Source: Octopus bimaculoides
Lineage: Eukaryota
Direction: 5' to 3'
NCBI RefSeq assembly: GCF_001194135.2
Contig: NC_068984.1
Coordinates: 94,121,387-94,169,101, forward strand
DNA: 47,715 bases
Below the pieces are notes generated by a model. The model was not told the DNA's origin. It made no database searches and saw nothing but the letters and a program-made list of their open reading frames with translations. Shown here in pieces: positions 1 through 12,479 of this stretch (its first letter is position 1; each line of letters starts with the position of its first letter). The translations under genes were made by a program, and so were the position numbers.

Positions 1-244
1 CTGGTGGCACATAAAAGACACCATTTCGGGCGTGGCCGTTTTCGTGCGGGTGACACGTAAAAGCACCCACTACACTCTCTGAGTGGTTGGCGTTAGGAAG
101 GGCATCCAGCTGTAGAAACTCTGCCAAATTAGATTGGAGCCTGGTGTTGCCATCCGGTTTCACCAGTCCTCAGTCAAATCGTCCAACCCATGCTAGCATG
201 GAAAGCGGACGTTAAACGATGATGATGATGATGATGATGATGAT
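1..244 (+). mobile_element. 3' tail of RTE-clade LINE family A (window starts inside it), ending in (GAT)9
   Basis: Homologous to the 3' UTR of the RTE at 287-3660. Contains the GAAGGGCATCCAGC box, the palindrome CCATGCTAGCATGG (188-201) and (GAT)n at 218-244. Confidence 0.85.
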
Positions 245-286
245 ATATGTATGTATGTATGTATATGTATATAAATATATGAAGAT

Positions 287-3200
287 ATCATCATCATCGT
301 TTAATGTCCGCTTTCCATGCTAGCATGGGTTGAACGATTTGACTGAGGACTGGTGAACCAGATGGCTACACCAGGCTCCGATCTGATTTGTCATAGTTTC
401 TACAGCTGGATGCCCTTCCTAACGCCAACCACTCCGAGAGTGTAGTGGGTGCTTTTACGTGCCACCTGCATAGGAGCCAGTCAAGTGGTACTGGCAACGA
501 ACTCGCTCGAATGTCCTTTTCACATGCCACTGGTTACTAACGATCATGCTCAACTGGTGCTATTTACGTGCCACCGGCACAGAAGCCTGACAGCTGCTGC
601 TTTGGCAACGATCACGCACAGACGGTGCTCTTAGTAATCTACTGGTACAGGTGCCATCACGATTTCGCTTTCGCTTGCCCCAATAGGTCTTTGCAAGCCG
701 TGTTTAGTGTTCAATGAAGATATGTTGGCATTGGTGCCAATCTACAAATTTAGTTCGATTTCAATTTCACATGCCTCAACAGGTCTTCGCAAGTGGAGTT
801 TAGTGTCCAATGAAGGAATGTTACGCATAAGTGGGCTGGCTACATCCCTGGCAGAGGCCTTGAATTTTGGTCTCACTTTGCTTGCCGGGTCTTCTCACGC
901 ACAGCATATTTCCAAAGGTCTCGGTCACAAGTCATTGCCTCGGTGAGGCCTAATGTTCAGAGGTCGTGCTTCACCACCTCATCTCAGGTCTTCCTGAGCC
1001 TGCCTCTTCCATGGGTTCCCTCAACCACTAAGGTGTGGCACTTTTTCACACAGCTATCCTCATCCATTCTCGCCACATGACCATACCAGTGCAATCGTCT
1101 CTCTTGCACACCACAACTGATGCTTCTTAGGTTCAACTTTTCTCTCAAGATACACTCTGTCGGGTATGCACGCTGACATTACACATCCATCAGAGCATAC
1201 TGGCTTCATTCTTTGCGAGCTTACGCATGTCCTCAGCAGTCACAGCCCATGTTTCACTGCCATGTAGCATGGCTGTTTGTACACATTTGTCATACAGTCT
1301 GCCTTTTACTCTGAGTGAGAGGCCCTTTGTCGCCAGCAGAAGTAAGAGCTCTCTGAACTTTGCCCAGGCTATTCTTATTCTAGCAGCTACACTTTCAGCG
1401 CACCCACCCCAACTACTAGCTTGGTCACCCAGATATTGGAAGCTATCAACTATGTCCAGTTTTTCTCCCTGGAATGTGACCGAAGTTTTTTTCTGCACAT
1501 TTTCAGTGTTTATTGCGCCTGAACATTTGCCATATATAAAAACTAACTTCCTAGTTAACCTGCTTTTGATATTGCTGCACCTCTTATGTATCCATATCCC
1601 TACCTCTACCTGGAATTCTTCACTGTACTCATTGCCAACCCTCACCTTACTAACAGCGTCCCTGTACATGGTTTGCACAGCTCTCGCTAATCATTCTTCT
1701 ATCCCTAGTTTCCTCATTGACCACCAGATAAGGGATCGGGGGACCCTGTTAAAGGCTTTTTCCATGTCAACGAAAGCCAGGTACAGAGGTTTATCATTGG
1801 CTAGGTATTTCTCCTGCAGCTGTCTTACCAGAAATATAGCATCAATGGTGCATTTCCCTGGCACAAACCCAAACTGCATCTCATCTAAACTGACTCGCTC
1901 CCTAATTAGTTGGGCTATGACCCTCTCTGTGACTTTCATTACCTGATCTAACAACTTGATACCTCTGTAATTATTTGTATCTAAAGAGTCACCTTTACCT
2001 TTGTAACAGTTGACTATGGTGCTGCTACACCAGTCATTGGGTATGACTCCTTCATGTATCACCTGGTTAACAATATGGGTGACTAAGCTATAGCCGACAC
2101 TACCAGATATTTTGAGCATCTCTGCGGTGATTCCTGATGGGCCAGGGTCTTTCCCTGTCTTCATACTCATAATTGCTTTATCTACCATGGTACTGTCACC
2201 TCGGATAGCTGGTCCCTCTGTTGGGTCGACATTCGGCAGACTCTCTTTCTCCCATTCATTCTCTTTATTGAGCAATGTTTCATAGTGGCATCTGCAAACC
2301 TCTTTCTTTGCAGCCTCGTTTAATGCAAGTGTACCATCATGAATGCGAACACATTTCTCTCTCACGACATCATGATTCTCTCTCACACACTGTCTTGCAA
2401 CACAAAATACTTCAAGTCTTTGATCCTCACGGCACAGAACATTGGCAAACTTTTTCTTATCTGCTTCCCCTCTGGCTAACCTGTCTCCTAGCTTCCCTTC
2501 TAGCAGTCTGATACAATTCTCTGCTACCTCCATTCTTCCAGTCCTTCCAAGCCTGTTTCTTTTGTCTAATAGCCCTGTCAACCACATTGTTCCACCACCA
2601 CGTTACTTTGGATCGAGAGGGGACTTTACATCATCCACAGATCTGGTCGGTGGCTCTCAGCAGGCTGTCCCGTAGAAACCTCCAGTTGTCTTCCACGTTG
2701 TATGATGCTATATCTCCTTCTATTTCATCAAATGCTTCAAGTAGTATGTCTCTAAATCTCTGTCCATTTGCAGGATCTTTAAGCTTCCAAACCCTTCTCC
2801 ACCAAGCCTGTCTACTTCTGGGTATCCTTTTTGCCTTGCTCACGAAGTCGCTAACTACTAATCTGTGTTGAGGGGTACATTCTTCGCCTGGAAAGGTTTT
2901 GGAATTTATAAGCCGCCCTCTTTCCCTATTTCTGGTGAGGATTTAGTTGATTTGGCTAGAGTGTCTGCTGGAACGGTAGGTGACTAGGTGACAGGCAGGT
3001 TTCCTGAAGTTGGTATTGCAAACCATAAGATCGTTAGCATCATAGAACTCCAGCAGTCTGGTTCCCTCCTTGTGGGAACTGAAGCCTCCATGAATGTCAT
3101 GGAAGCCCCCTGCTTGACGTCGAACATGACCATTGAAATCACCAGCCACAAAGAGAAGGTCCCTGTCATTCGTCAATGAGGTAGTATGCAGGAAGGTGTT

Positions 3201-3660
3201 GTAGAATTGGTCTTTCTGCCCATCCGGTAGCCCCGGTTGAGGGGCATAGGCCGAGATGACGGTAGCTAACCTATGATGAAGCACTAGTCTAATCTTCAGT
3301 ACTCTGTCACATATTCTGACAACCTCGATTACCTTATCAACCCATTTCTCTGCTAGGAGTATTCCCACACCCCCGACCCCGTCAGTGTTTCCTGCCTAGA
3401 AAATCTTGTACCTGTGTTCTTTGCCTGTGAGGAACCTCGCAGAGCCTCCTCTCCATCTTACTTCTTGGATGCAGCACAAATCTACCCGTCTCCATTCAAG
3501 CATCTCAACAATCTCAGCAGACCTACCTTTCAGCGTGCCGACGTAGAGAGTGCCAACCCTGACAGTGTCGGAGGAGTGGATGTCGGAGGAGTGGGCCTAT
3601 GTAACCCTGGGATGGGGGAAAGCAGTGTTGTGTACCTGAAAAGAAAGCTTGCATTTGGCA
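287..3660 (-). mobile_element. Near full-length RTE-clade non-LTR retrotransposon (family A), inactivated
   Basis: On the minus strand: APE endonuclease, then RT, then a ~590-bp 3' UTR, then an (ATC)n tail at 287-298. The 5' boundary is approximate. Confidence 0.9.
873..3570 (-). pseudogene. RTE ORF2 (APE endonuclease + reverse transcriptase) pseudogene
   Basis: APE motifs VRVGTLYVGTL, CIQEVRW, SAYAPQ, GDFNGHV and PQHRLV. RT motifs YRGIKLL, QFGFVPG, FVDMEKAF and FQYLG. C-terminal stop at 873-875. Internal stops and frameshifts, and the QGS..YADD segment is deleted. Confidence 0.9.
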
Positions 3661-3702
3661 GAATTCATAAATAAAACAATAACTACAACTGCATACACTA
3701 CA

Positions 3703-4088
3703 NNNNNNNNNNNNNNNNNNNNNNNNNNNNNNNNNNNNNNNNNNNNNNNNNNNNNNNNNNNNNNNNNNNNNNNNNNNNNNNNNNNNNNNNNNNNNNNNNN
3801 NNNNNNNNNNNNNNNNNNNNNNNNNNNNNNNNNNNNNNNNNNNNNNNNNNNNNNNNNNNNNNNNNNNNNNNNNNNNNNNNNNNNNNNNNNNNNNNNNNNN
3901 NNNNNNNNNNNNNNNNNNNNNNNNNNNNNNNNNNNNNNNNNNNNNNNNNNNNNNNNNNNNNNNNNNNNNNNNNNNNNNNNNNNNNNNNNNNNNNNNNNNN
4001 NNNNNNNNNNNNNNNNNNNNNNNNNNNNNNNNNNNNNNNNNNNNNNNNNNNNNNNNNNNNNNNNNNNNNNNNNNNNNNNNNNNNNNNN
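3703..4088. other. Assembly gap (386 N)
   Basis: N run. Confidence 1.
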
Positions 4089-4638
4089 AGTACATCAGTG
4101 TAGCCAGCCCACTAATGCGTACCTTTCTTTCTTTGGACACAAAACCCTGCTTGTAAAGACCTGTTGAGGCAAGTGAAATCGAAATCAAAATTGAACCAAA
4201 TTCGACCACTGGCACCCATGCCAACCTTAACTTCATTAGACACTAAACTCAGCTTGCGAAAACCTGTTGGGGCAAGTGAGAAACTGAACCAAATTTGATG
4301 ACTGGCACCCGTGCTAGTGGAGCGCTAACAGCACCATCTGAGTGGGATCACTGCCAGAGCAGCGGTCTTGCTCCCGTGCAGGTGGCACGTAAAAAACACC
4401 ATTTGAGCATGTGCATTGCCAGTACCGCCAGACTGGCCCTCATGTCAGTGGCATGTAAAAAGCACCCACTACACTCTCAGAGTGGTTGGAGTTATGAAGG
4501 TGATGCAGCTGTAGAAATTCTGCCAGATCAGATTAGAGTCTGGTGTAGCTATCTGGTTTGCCAGTCCCCAGTCAAATCGTCCAACCCATGCTATCATGGA
4601 AAGTGGACGTTAAAGGATGATGATGATGATAATGATGA
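4089..4638 (+). mobile_element. RTE family A 3' UTR fragment with degenerate (GAT)n tail
   Basis: Reverse complement of the 287-850 and 14394-15150 UTRs. Ends CCAACCCATGCTATCATGGAAAGTGGACGTTAAAG(GAT)n. Confidence 0.85.
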
Positions 4639-5429
4639 AGAAATAAACCTTTTTTTTAGGAATGTGAGAGAGAAGGGTGTTCAAAAGCATTTGGCTGTTG
4701 GACAAAGGTTCTAATGTTTCAACACTACTCACACTTCTGTTGCAGTTCTTCTCTCTTCGAGATACAGCAGACACAGATCTTTTTGCATCTCTGTTCCACA
4801 AAAGAACCTTTAGCAGCAACATTCAGCAGAGTACTGTACACATATTTCAGTAAATGTAGCCTTCCACTTCGTAAATGCAAACAATATGTGAAGAAAGGTA
4901 GTTAACCTGCTATGTGACATCACCATATTAACAAGTGGCAAGTCAGTAAGGCATAAGGAAAAAAGGGAACTAACATTGTAATACAAAAATTGAAAAATAA
5001 AGAACAAAATATGCAAACATACTGAGAGCAAGTGTCAGTAGTATGCTGCCCGGAAAGGTAGTTTCTGTAGAGTTAGTATGTAATTTATGACCTCTAACAA
5101 CTATGCACGACTTTACATGAAATAGCAATCACAAAATACAGTGGTCAATTAGTGGTTGCATGTGCAGGTCTTGATTACTAGTAATGCAGTAGTGTTAATG
5201 GTACAAGAGTCTTCCACAAAAGAAAAGAAATACATGCAACAAAGGAATGCATAAAAAAGGGAATGTTATAAGTCCTGTATGAAAGGAATTTCGCACCAAT
5301 AACAAGAGTTTGTTCCTATAAATGTCACAGAGTTCGTGCAGTAAAAAATTATATGTTGCTATGGTGTTCATAGCAAAAGAAAAAAGATAGAAGACTAAAG
5401 CCATAAGAGTATACCACTAAAACAGCTCA

Positions 5430-7140
5430 TTCAGGTAGGCTTTTAGGGAGGAGTTCATTGAAAAGGATGAGCTTGGTGAAGTGAAAATAGCCTCTTGACC
5501 TCAGGCTGAATTGTGCTAAAAATAAGCCTGAGATCACCATGCTCCATAATTTGGAGCTTACACTACTGCTTTGTAAGAAGGCGAGTGACCGCATTGAATC
5601 CTCTCTCAACCAAATAAGATGTTGGAAAGGCAATGAAAAACAATTTGACTTTCTTCCAAAGCTCCGGATAGCGATCATGGATAGCCTTTTGAAGCCAAAA
5701 TCTTGATAGAGTGCTATCAAGATTTAGGCTTCAATTCAATATCATTTTGAAGAGTTAACAGCTCCTCTCCTAACTCTCCACTCTCTTCTTCATAGATGGC
5801 AATGAAGAGGTTGAGAATTCAGTCAGGAACTTGAAGAGCAAACAGATCATGAAATCGACGCTCCATATCTTTATGCAGTTCAGTGAGGTGGGAGCAAAAG
5901 ACAAGCAGATCCTCGTCTGCCGGTTTTCCATCCTTTTCAAAACCAGACAAGCAAGGAAACTGGAAAAACTCCCTGCATCCAATATTGTGTTTACACATAA
6001 CAAGTTTCACCTGAAATGTTGAGATAATTGACTTAACTTAGATGAGATTAACACCATCTCCTTGCAGCTGCTTATTCACTTCATTGAATTTAGTGAATAA
6101 GTCAGACAAGTATGCTATATCTTTCTTTATACTTTTAAGCCTCACACTAAGTTCTGGGACAGCAGTATCAAAGAACTTCGAATCAAACAAAACATAAAAG
6201 CAATTCAGACAATTTCCCAGTGATAACCACGTCACCTCTGTGTGAAGCAGCAAGTTTTGAAAGTCTTCATCTTTTCAAAGCAAAGCTGTTGAAACAGGCA
6301 AGTGTTCAGAGCATGAGATTTGATCTTATTCACAGCAGAGATGACTGTGTTTAGGGAATCGTGAAGATGACCACTGAGGTTTCATGCAACAAAATATTGT
6401 CAGTGAATCACACAGTGCATCGTAAAGACATCAAGTAGACTGACTTTGAGATAACTGATGAAGCCGCAATAACAGCCAGTCATCAATGGGGCACCATCAG
6501 TTGCACAGGCTACAATATTATTCAGTGGGATGTCCTTTTTGTTAATAAAGCTCTTGACCACATTGAAAATGGATTCACCCTTGGTATTAGTTTCCAATAG
6601 TCTGGCAAAGAGCAGTTCTTGGCATAAACTTTCCTCTTTCACAAAACAAACATATGTGAGGAGGAGGTAATCATTACCTGGCAAAGTAGACTCCTCCAAC
6701 TGCAAGCTGAATTCTGTTTTCTTCAGAATTGTGCAGATTTGGTCTTCAATGTCTTCTGCCATTTCATCAACACTTCTCTGGACAGAGCTATTACTCAGAG
6801 GAATACCTTTGATAATTGGCTCTGGTGCCTTGTATAGCACCATCTTCAGGACTTCTTTTACAGCTGGCTAGATTAGCTGTTCCCCTATTGTGTGAGTTTT
6901 GCCAGACTTTGCAATGATAAGTTATGCTATAAGAAGCATGCAAACCATCACTAGACTGACTGGATGAACTGGGGAAAAAACTTCCTATTGTTTTTCTCAT
7001 GTGAAAATTATTTTTAAAGGATTGGAAATAATTCAAATTTTTTTCTGCTCCATCAGAGTAGACAAAGTGGTTGTTGTTGGTTGTGTGGAGCAGCAATAAA
7101 CACCACTAGACAACCAGTGTTGATTTGTATATGTCTCCAT
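5430..7140 (-). pseudogene. hAT (Buster/Charlie; ZBED5/FAM200/SCAND3-like) transposase pseudogene
   Basis: Frame-broken translation contains PLSNSSVQRSVDEM, FSLQLEEST (DE motif), ATDGAP, HCVIH, HTEVTWLSLG and IAYLSDLF..N..LQG. Many stops. Confidence 0.85.
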
Positions 7141-7956
7141 CATCCAGGAGTTCAGCGAAAGGGTCCAATAGAATAAGTACCAGGCCCTAAATATAAATAA
7201 GTCCTGGGGTCAAAGTTGAATTTTCTCTGCTTTGATGGGGTTTTTAGCAATTTTTTTTTATCACAGCTCTTAAAGTGATGCAGTGATTCATTTAATGATG
7301 TGGGGAGAAGGGAATTCCCAAGGGGTGGGGGAAGGGATTTTCACAACTACGTTTATGATATCCATGAACATCCATTTCAAATCAAGTTAGGTTAGAATCT
7401 TAAAAAAATACTCATGCGAATTAAATATAAAAAATTTGCAGTCCAAAACAAAAGCAAACTTTCAAATCATATATTTTTTGAAAAATAGATGTGAATGTTC
7501 TCAAAGACTTGAATCTCAATCAAGAAAGCCTTTTTTTAATCCTATATCTCATTGTTACCTGTTGCAATATTTCGATTTATCCAATCAAAATATTACAACA
7601 GCTAACAGTGAAATATAGAATTAAAATATAGAATCTACAATTCAAAATGTAAAGTCAAAATACCAAAGATGCAAAATATGAAGAATTTCTTACCTTTATC
7701 TACCTTGCAAAATAAAATATCTCGATCACAAACTAGTTGCAACGAATGAATTGAGATACTTGGTGATAGTGAGCAAACAATATCTGTATCTCTTTATAGA
7801 TACATATATAGATACACACACACAAACTTGTGTGTGTGTGTGTGTGTGTTGTTTTTGGGAACAGAAGGAATTTCATCTCTAGTTTTTATTGCCTATGGAA
7901 GTCAAAGGCCACTGCTGTGGGTACAAAGTGACCAGCTTTTCAAATAACAATGCCAA

Positions 7957-7979
7957 ATATATATGTGTGTGTGTGTGCG

Positions 7980-8010
<31 letters not shown>

Positions 8011-8012
8011 GC

Positions 8013-8083
<71 letters not shown>
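7957..8083. repeat. Compound (TA)n/(TG)n microsatellite
   Basis: Directly visible; a further (TG)n lies at 7829-7849. Confidence 0.95.
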
Positions 8084-8085
<2 letters not shown>

Positions 8086-8799
8086 GGACGAGAACAGCTG
8101 TGTGAAAAAGTGTCACACCTCAGCAGTAGAGGGAGCCTGTGGAAGAGGTATCAATGAAGACCTGGGAAGAGGTGGTGAAGCACGACCTTCAAACTTTGGG
8201 CCTCATCAAGGCATGGCAAATGACCGAGACCTTTGGAGATATGCTGTGCTTGAGAAGACCCGGCAAGCTAAGTGAAACTGTAACCATGGCCTATGCCAGC
8301 GCAACATAACCAGCCCATTTAAGAGTAGCCTTCAATCATTGGGCAACAAATTGTGCTTACGAAGACCTATTGAGGTAAGTGAAGTCATTGTCATGGCCAA
8401 TGAGAGTATCGCCTGATTGGCACTTGTAAAAATGCACCATCCAAGCCTGGTCAATGCCAGTGCCACATGACTGGTCCCGTGCCAGTGGCACATAAAAAGC
8501 ACCATCCGAGCATGGTCATTGCTAGTGCCACCTGACTAGCTCCCATACCGGTGGCATGTAAAAAACACCATTCAAGCATGGTTGATACCAAGTGACATGT
8601 AGAAAGCGTGGTCATGCCAGTGGCATGTAGAAAACACTCACTACACTCTCGGAGTGGTTGGCCTTAGGAAGGGCATCCAGTTGTAGAAACTTTGCCAGAT
8701 GAGATTGGAGCCTGGTGCAGCCTTCTGGCATGCCAGCCCTCAGTCAAACCGTCCAACCCATGCCAGCATGGAAAGTGAATGTTAAACGATGATGATGAT
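8084..8799 (+). mobile_element. 5'-truncated RTE family A copy (ORF2 C-terminus + 3' UTR + (GAT)4)
   Basis: [12 protein letters not shown]...DRDLWRYAVLEKTRQAK* (stop at 8275) matches 873-1075 on the other strand. Followed by the repeated UTR modules and tail. Confidence 0.85.
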
Positions 8800-9799
8800 A
8801 TATATAAATACAACCATACACAGCTAAATCAAAAACATCTGGAATCTTAAAAAAAAATGACCACATCCATACAACCATTTTCTCTCCCTTACATTAATGA
8901 ATACAAAAGAATTAAGAAAGGCAATGCCATGAAATGTAATTATAATTCTTACTGGAGAAAATCAAAAACAACATCTGGCCTTCCAAAAAATTTCAATACA
9001 AAATATTCTTTTCCTTCCCTGCCTAAAAGGTCACTAAAAAGAAAAAACTACATATTGAACTAAGCAAGTTTGACCACACTGATACAAAAGCTATGCCTCA
9101 GTCTCCCTCTCAAACTTTTTTTTTTCTTTCTTTTCCTTCCTCTGCAAACCACCAAACACTCCTAACTTTCTTTTCTCTTCTCTATCTTCACTATCTCCCA
9201 CTATCTCCTCCCTTGCACCTTCCTTTCTAATTTGTTCCTATCTTTCCCCACCTCCCTTCTCTCTTTCTAAAACATCATCACTTCCAATTTTATATAAAAA
9301 GGTCAAGCAAACTGACTATGTATGTATGTATGTACTGATGCATGTATGTGTATATATGTATACACACATACCTTTCATCACCATTGCTTCTTCTTGTCAC
9401 TGATGTGATAGTTGATGTTTCTTAGTTTCATTTTATTTGATTGCTAGGGAATTTACTGACAAGCTTATTTCATTTACTAACTTGTTTCTGGGACCTTAAA
9501 CTCAAGGATGTCATGTGGAGGCGCCACCCTGACACACCCTGACCATGGGCGTGTGCCTGTGTGTGTGTGTGTGTGTGTGTGTTTGTTTGCAAATGCCACA
9601 ACCAAATTTTGATAATTCTATATAAGCAGACACCAGAGCTTGAATACTGTTTTAATAGCAACTGATGTCTCTAAAGTTGCAAAAGTTTGATGAATGCCAC
9701 TGTGTTAAATGGAGGGAGGAAAACCAGACAAATTTTCATACTTGCATGGAGGGAATGAAACTAACAGCCTTCCTCGCAATGCCTCCTTTTTCTCTAGCC

Positions 9800-9866
9800 C
9801 CACCAGCGCCCACCTGAGCCATCTCAATGCCCACTGGGGGTAGGGGTAGCGCCCACTTTGAGAACC
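9800..9866 (-). mobile_element. Possible terminal fragment of a Charlie-type hAT element
   Basis: Minus strand reads GGTTCTCAAAGTGGGCGCTACCCC, resembling the CAGTGGTTCTCAAAGTGGGCG ends of Charlie hATs. The terminal CAGT is not preserved. Confidence 0.4.
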
Positions 9867-10910
9867 TTCAATTTTAATAATTTTGAAGTTCTTGTGTTTT
9901 TATATCCCTAATTTCTTCCCAAAGTTCATGCAGTGCTATTCTCTGAAAACTTACTCCATTTTCTATTGAAACTTGATTTGATGCATCACAACTCAAGTTT
10001 TCTGTGCCTTCTCTTTCCTGCCCACTTCTTTGTAAAAAAACTTCAATCATTTGTTCAGGAAAAATGTTTTAAAACTGAATCATACTACGAGGATTACAAA
10101 AGTCACAAACAACTGCAAGATGTTGTGGTGACATACTAAATGTTGAAGCTACTAAAACGTTTTGAAACTTATTGTCAAATAACTGGAATTGTAAACAAGG
10201 AACTTTAAAAACTGGCATAATGTTCTCAATTCTCTAGTTTTCTTGTTTCTGGAATGTGAAACAGCAAAAAGAGGCAAAATTTTTCAACATTTTTCAGACT
10301 CATCAAATACATGAGTGACATGTCTATAAACTATATGCGATAAGCATTTTATATGGGAGATATTTTCCACATGGCTTCAGGAGGCGAGACGTAACAGGAC
10401 AGGTTATAATTTTGCTGTTCGTTAGCAGTGACATTGTTATTTCAATATATAAATACTTTTGATAAATGAACATTCTCCCAAATTTAATGTATTATGGAAT
10501 TACATTAGTAAAAAGGCAATGTGTGATATATGTTGTAATTGTCATCAGAAGTCATCCAACTTGTATGGCAATTCCATTAGTAAGCCTTTGGTATTTTGTA
10601 TAACCACTTCAAGAAGTAATGCCTATTCTTAGAAGCTTTCTTGGAAATTTCTATGTGCCATACATGGGGAAACAAGATGAGTAACACTACATGGCTCACA
10701 TACTGTTTTTTTTTTTCTCCCCAAGATTTTGCAGTGGAATGTCATATTTGGGAATTTTTTGCAAATACTTATCTGTTGATGCCAACTGGATTTCTAATTT
10801 TCTCTTCTTTCTGAGGAATAATCAACATGTAACAGTAAGGAAGACCTCTTTCCTGAAATTCTATAACATACATATGAGCTAATGGTACACCAAAAATGTG
10901 TCTTCATTAA

Positions 10911-12479
10911 TCCTTTCATTACTAAGGTGGCTGTAGCTGGCCGAGAATTTTATTGGTGAACGTTACCAACCTAGGTGAAACAAGCCAAAATAATCTAGTC
11001 ATATCTAAATGAGAATTTCAGTGCAAATTTCATTAGTACATTCATGGAAACATGTGATTTCACTATGTAAACAACTGACTTACAGTATCTGACACAATTT
11101 GGTGAGATATCTGAACTCCATGAATTTTTGGAGATTTTTCCCACTTATTTTCTACATTGATCTTTTGAAAATTTTTAATACTGATGAAAAATGGATACCA
11201 GTTTCATGTTGTCGAGTAGCGAATCAGAATTTGAAGGATTTTCAAGTGAACACATGGAGAAATCATGCAAAATATACAACAAATGCAAAAACCACATAAT
11301 GCGTGAATATGAATTGGATATTTTTATTTCTGAAACTGAAAGTGATTCTGATAACTCAGACAGTGACAAAGAAAATGGATTTATACTCAATTGGAGTAAA
11401 AGTTTGAAAACTGATTTTGTTACTGATTTTTCTTTAGAGACTGGACTTTGGAGCTAGTCACTGGAGACAAAAGCATTTGGCCATTTAAAAAAAAAATTTC
11501 TTTGTAGTTTGTTCATAACAATTACTGAGGAGACTAATCATTATGTACAATGTAAACAAGGAGATAAAAAAAGGTATTTTGTGGTTTCCTAGGAGCAGTG
11601 ACAAACCTTTTGGAGACCAATATGTTTCCAGTATTATGACACAGACGAAATTTTTTAAATTATCACAGTACCTACATATAAGAGACACTAGCAGTACACC
11701 AGTACATGGAGAACCAAACTCTGATCCTTTATTTAAATATATATATAAAACAATGAGGATATGGTGGGGTATAAATGATAGAGTATATTTCTGAAATACA
11801 TGTCAGGAAAACCCACAAAATCTAAGTTTGGAAGATTTGTGAAGCCAATACTGGATACTGCAGTGGGTTCAGTTTTTATATGGGGAAAAGGGACAATAAT
11901 ATAAGCCAGCACAGCCTAGGGTGTGGTCTGGACTTTATCACACCCATACCATAACCAGGACCATATATCATTTTTTGACTAATTTTTAAGTTCAGTCAAA
12001 CTTGTGATGTATTTAGAAGCCGTGGCAACATATACATGTGCTACAGTAGTTGCAAGTAGGAAAGGGATGTTGTTGGATATAGAAAAAGGAAATATAAAAA
12101 AGAGGTGAAATACTCCAACAGCAGAAAGGAAATTTGCTAACAACCACATACAGAGATAAGAGGCAAATCAATTTTTTATCTATCTGTGTGCAACTGTATG
12201 TGGATGAAAATGACATCCCATTTGTGAACCTTAATTTAACAAGTACATGGGTAGTGTAGACAAAGTGGATAATTAAATGGTGGTGACACCTGGCTTGGTA
12301 TATAGTAAATATGAATATTGTTAATCAGGAGAGGCTTGAAAGTGATGTGACCACCTGCAGTTCCAACACAGTTCAGGGCTGGTTTTTCAAATAACTGTTG
12401 GGAGATTATATGATTATATTAGAATTTAATTGAAACACATGAGAGGTGTGTTTTGGTTAGAAATATAGTAAAGAAAAGG
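10911..12479 (+). mobile_element. Internally deleted piggyBac DNA transposon (copy 1) with both ends
   Basis: TTAA at 10907-10910 and 12480-12483. Degenerate TIRs TCCTTTCATTACT and CCTTTTCTTTACT (rc). Transposase remnants from ATG 11191: acidic N-terminus, TQTKFFKLSQYLH, FLSSVKL, RDKRQINFLS, NKYMGSVD. Confidence 0.85.

Noticed and set aside
3523-4236. Long ORFs spanning N runs (also 44417-45447)
   Set aside because: Artefacts of translating gaps.
4730-4866. Possible minus-strand host exon (GRLHLLKYVYSTLLNVAAKG...LQQK, GTGAGT donor)
   Set aside because: Short open frame, weak acceptor, no recognisable protein and no partner exons. It would need RNA-seq or homology support.
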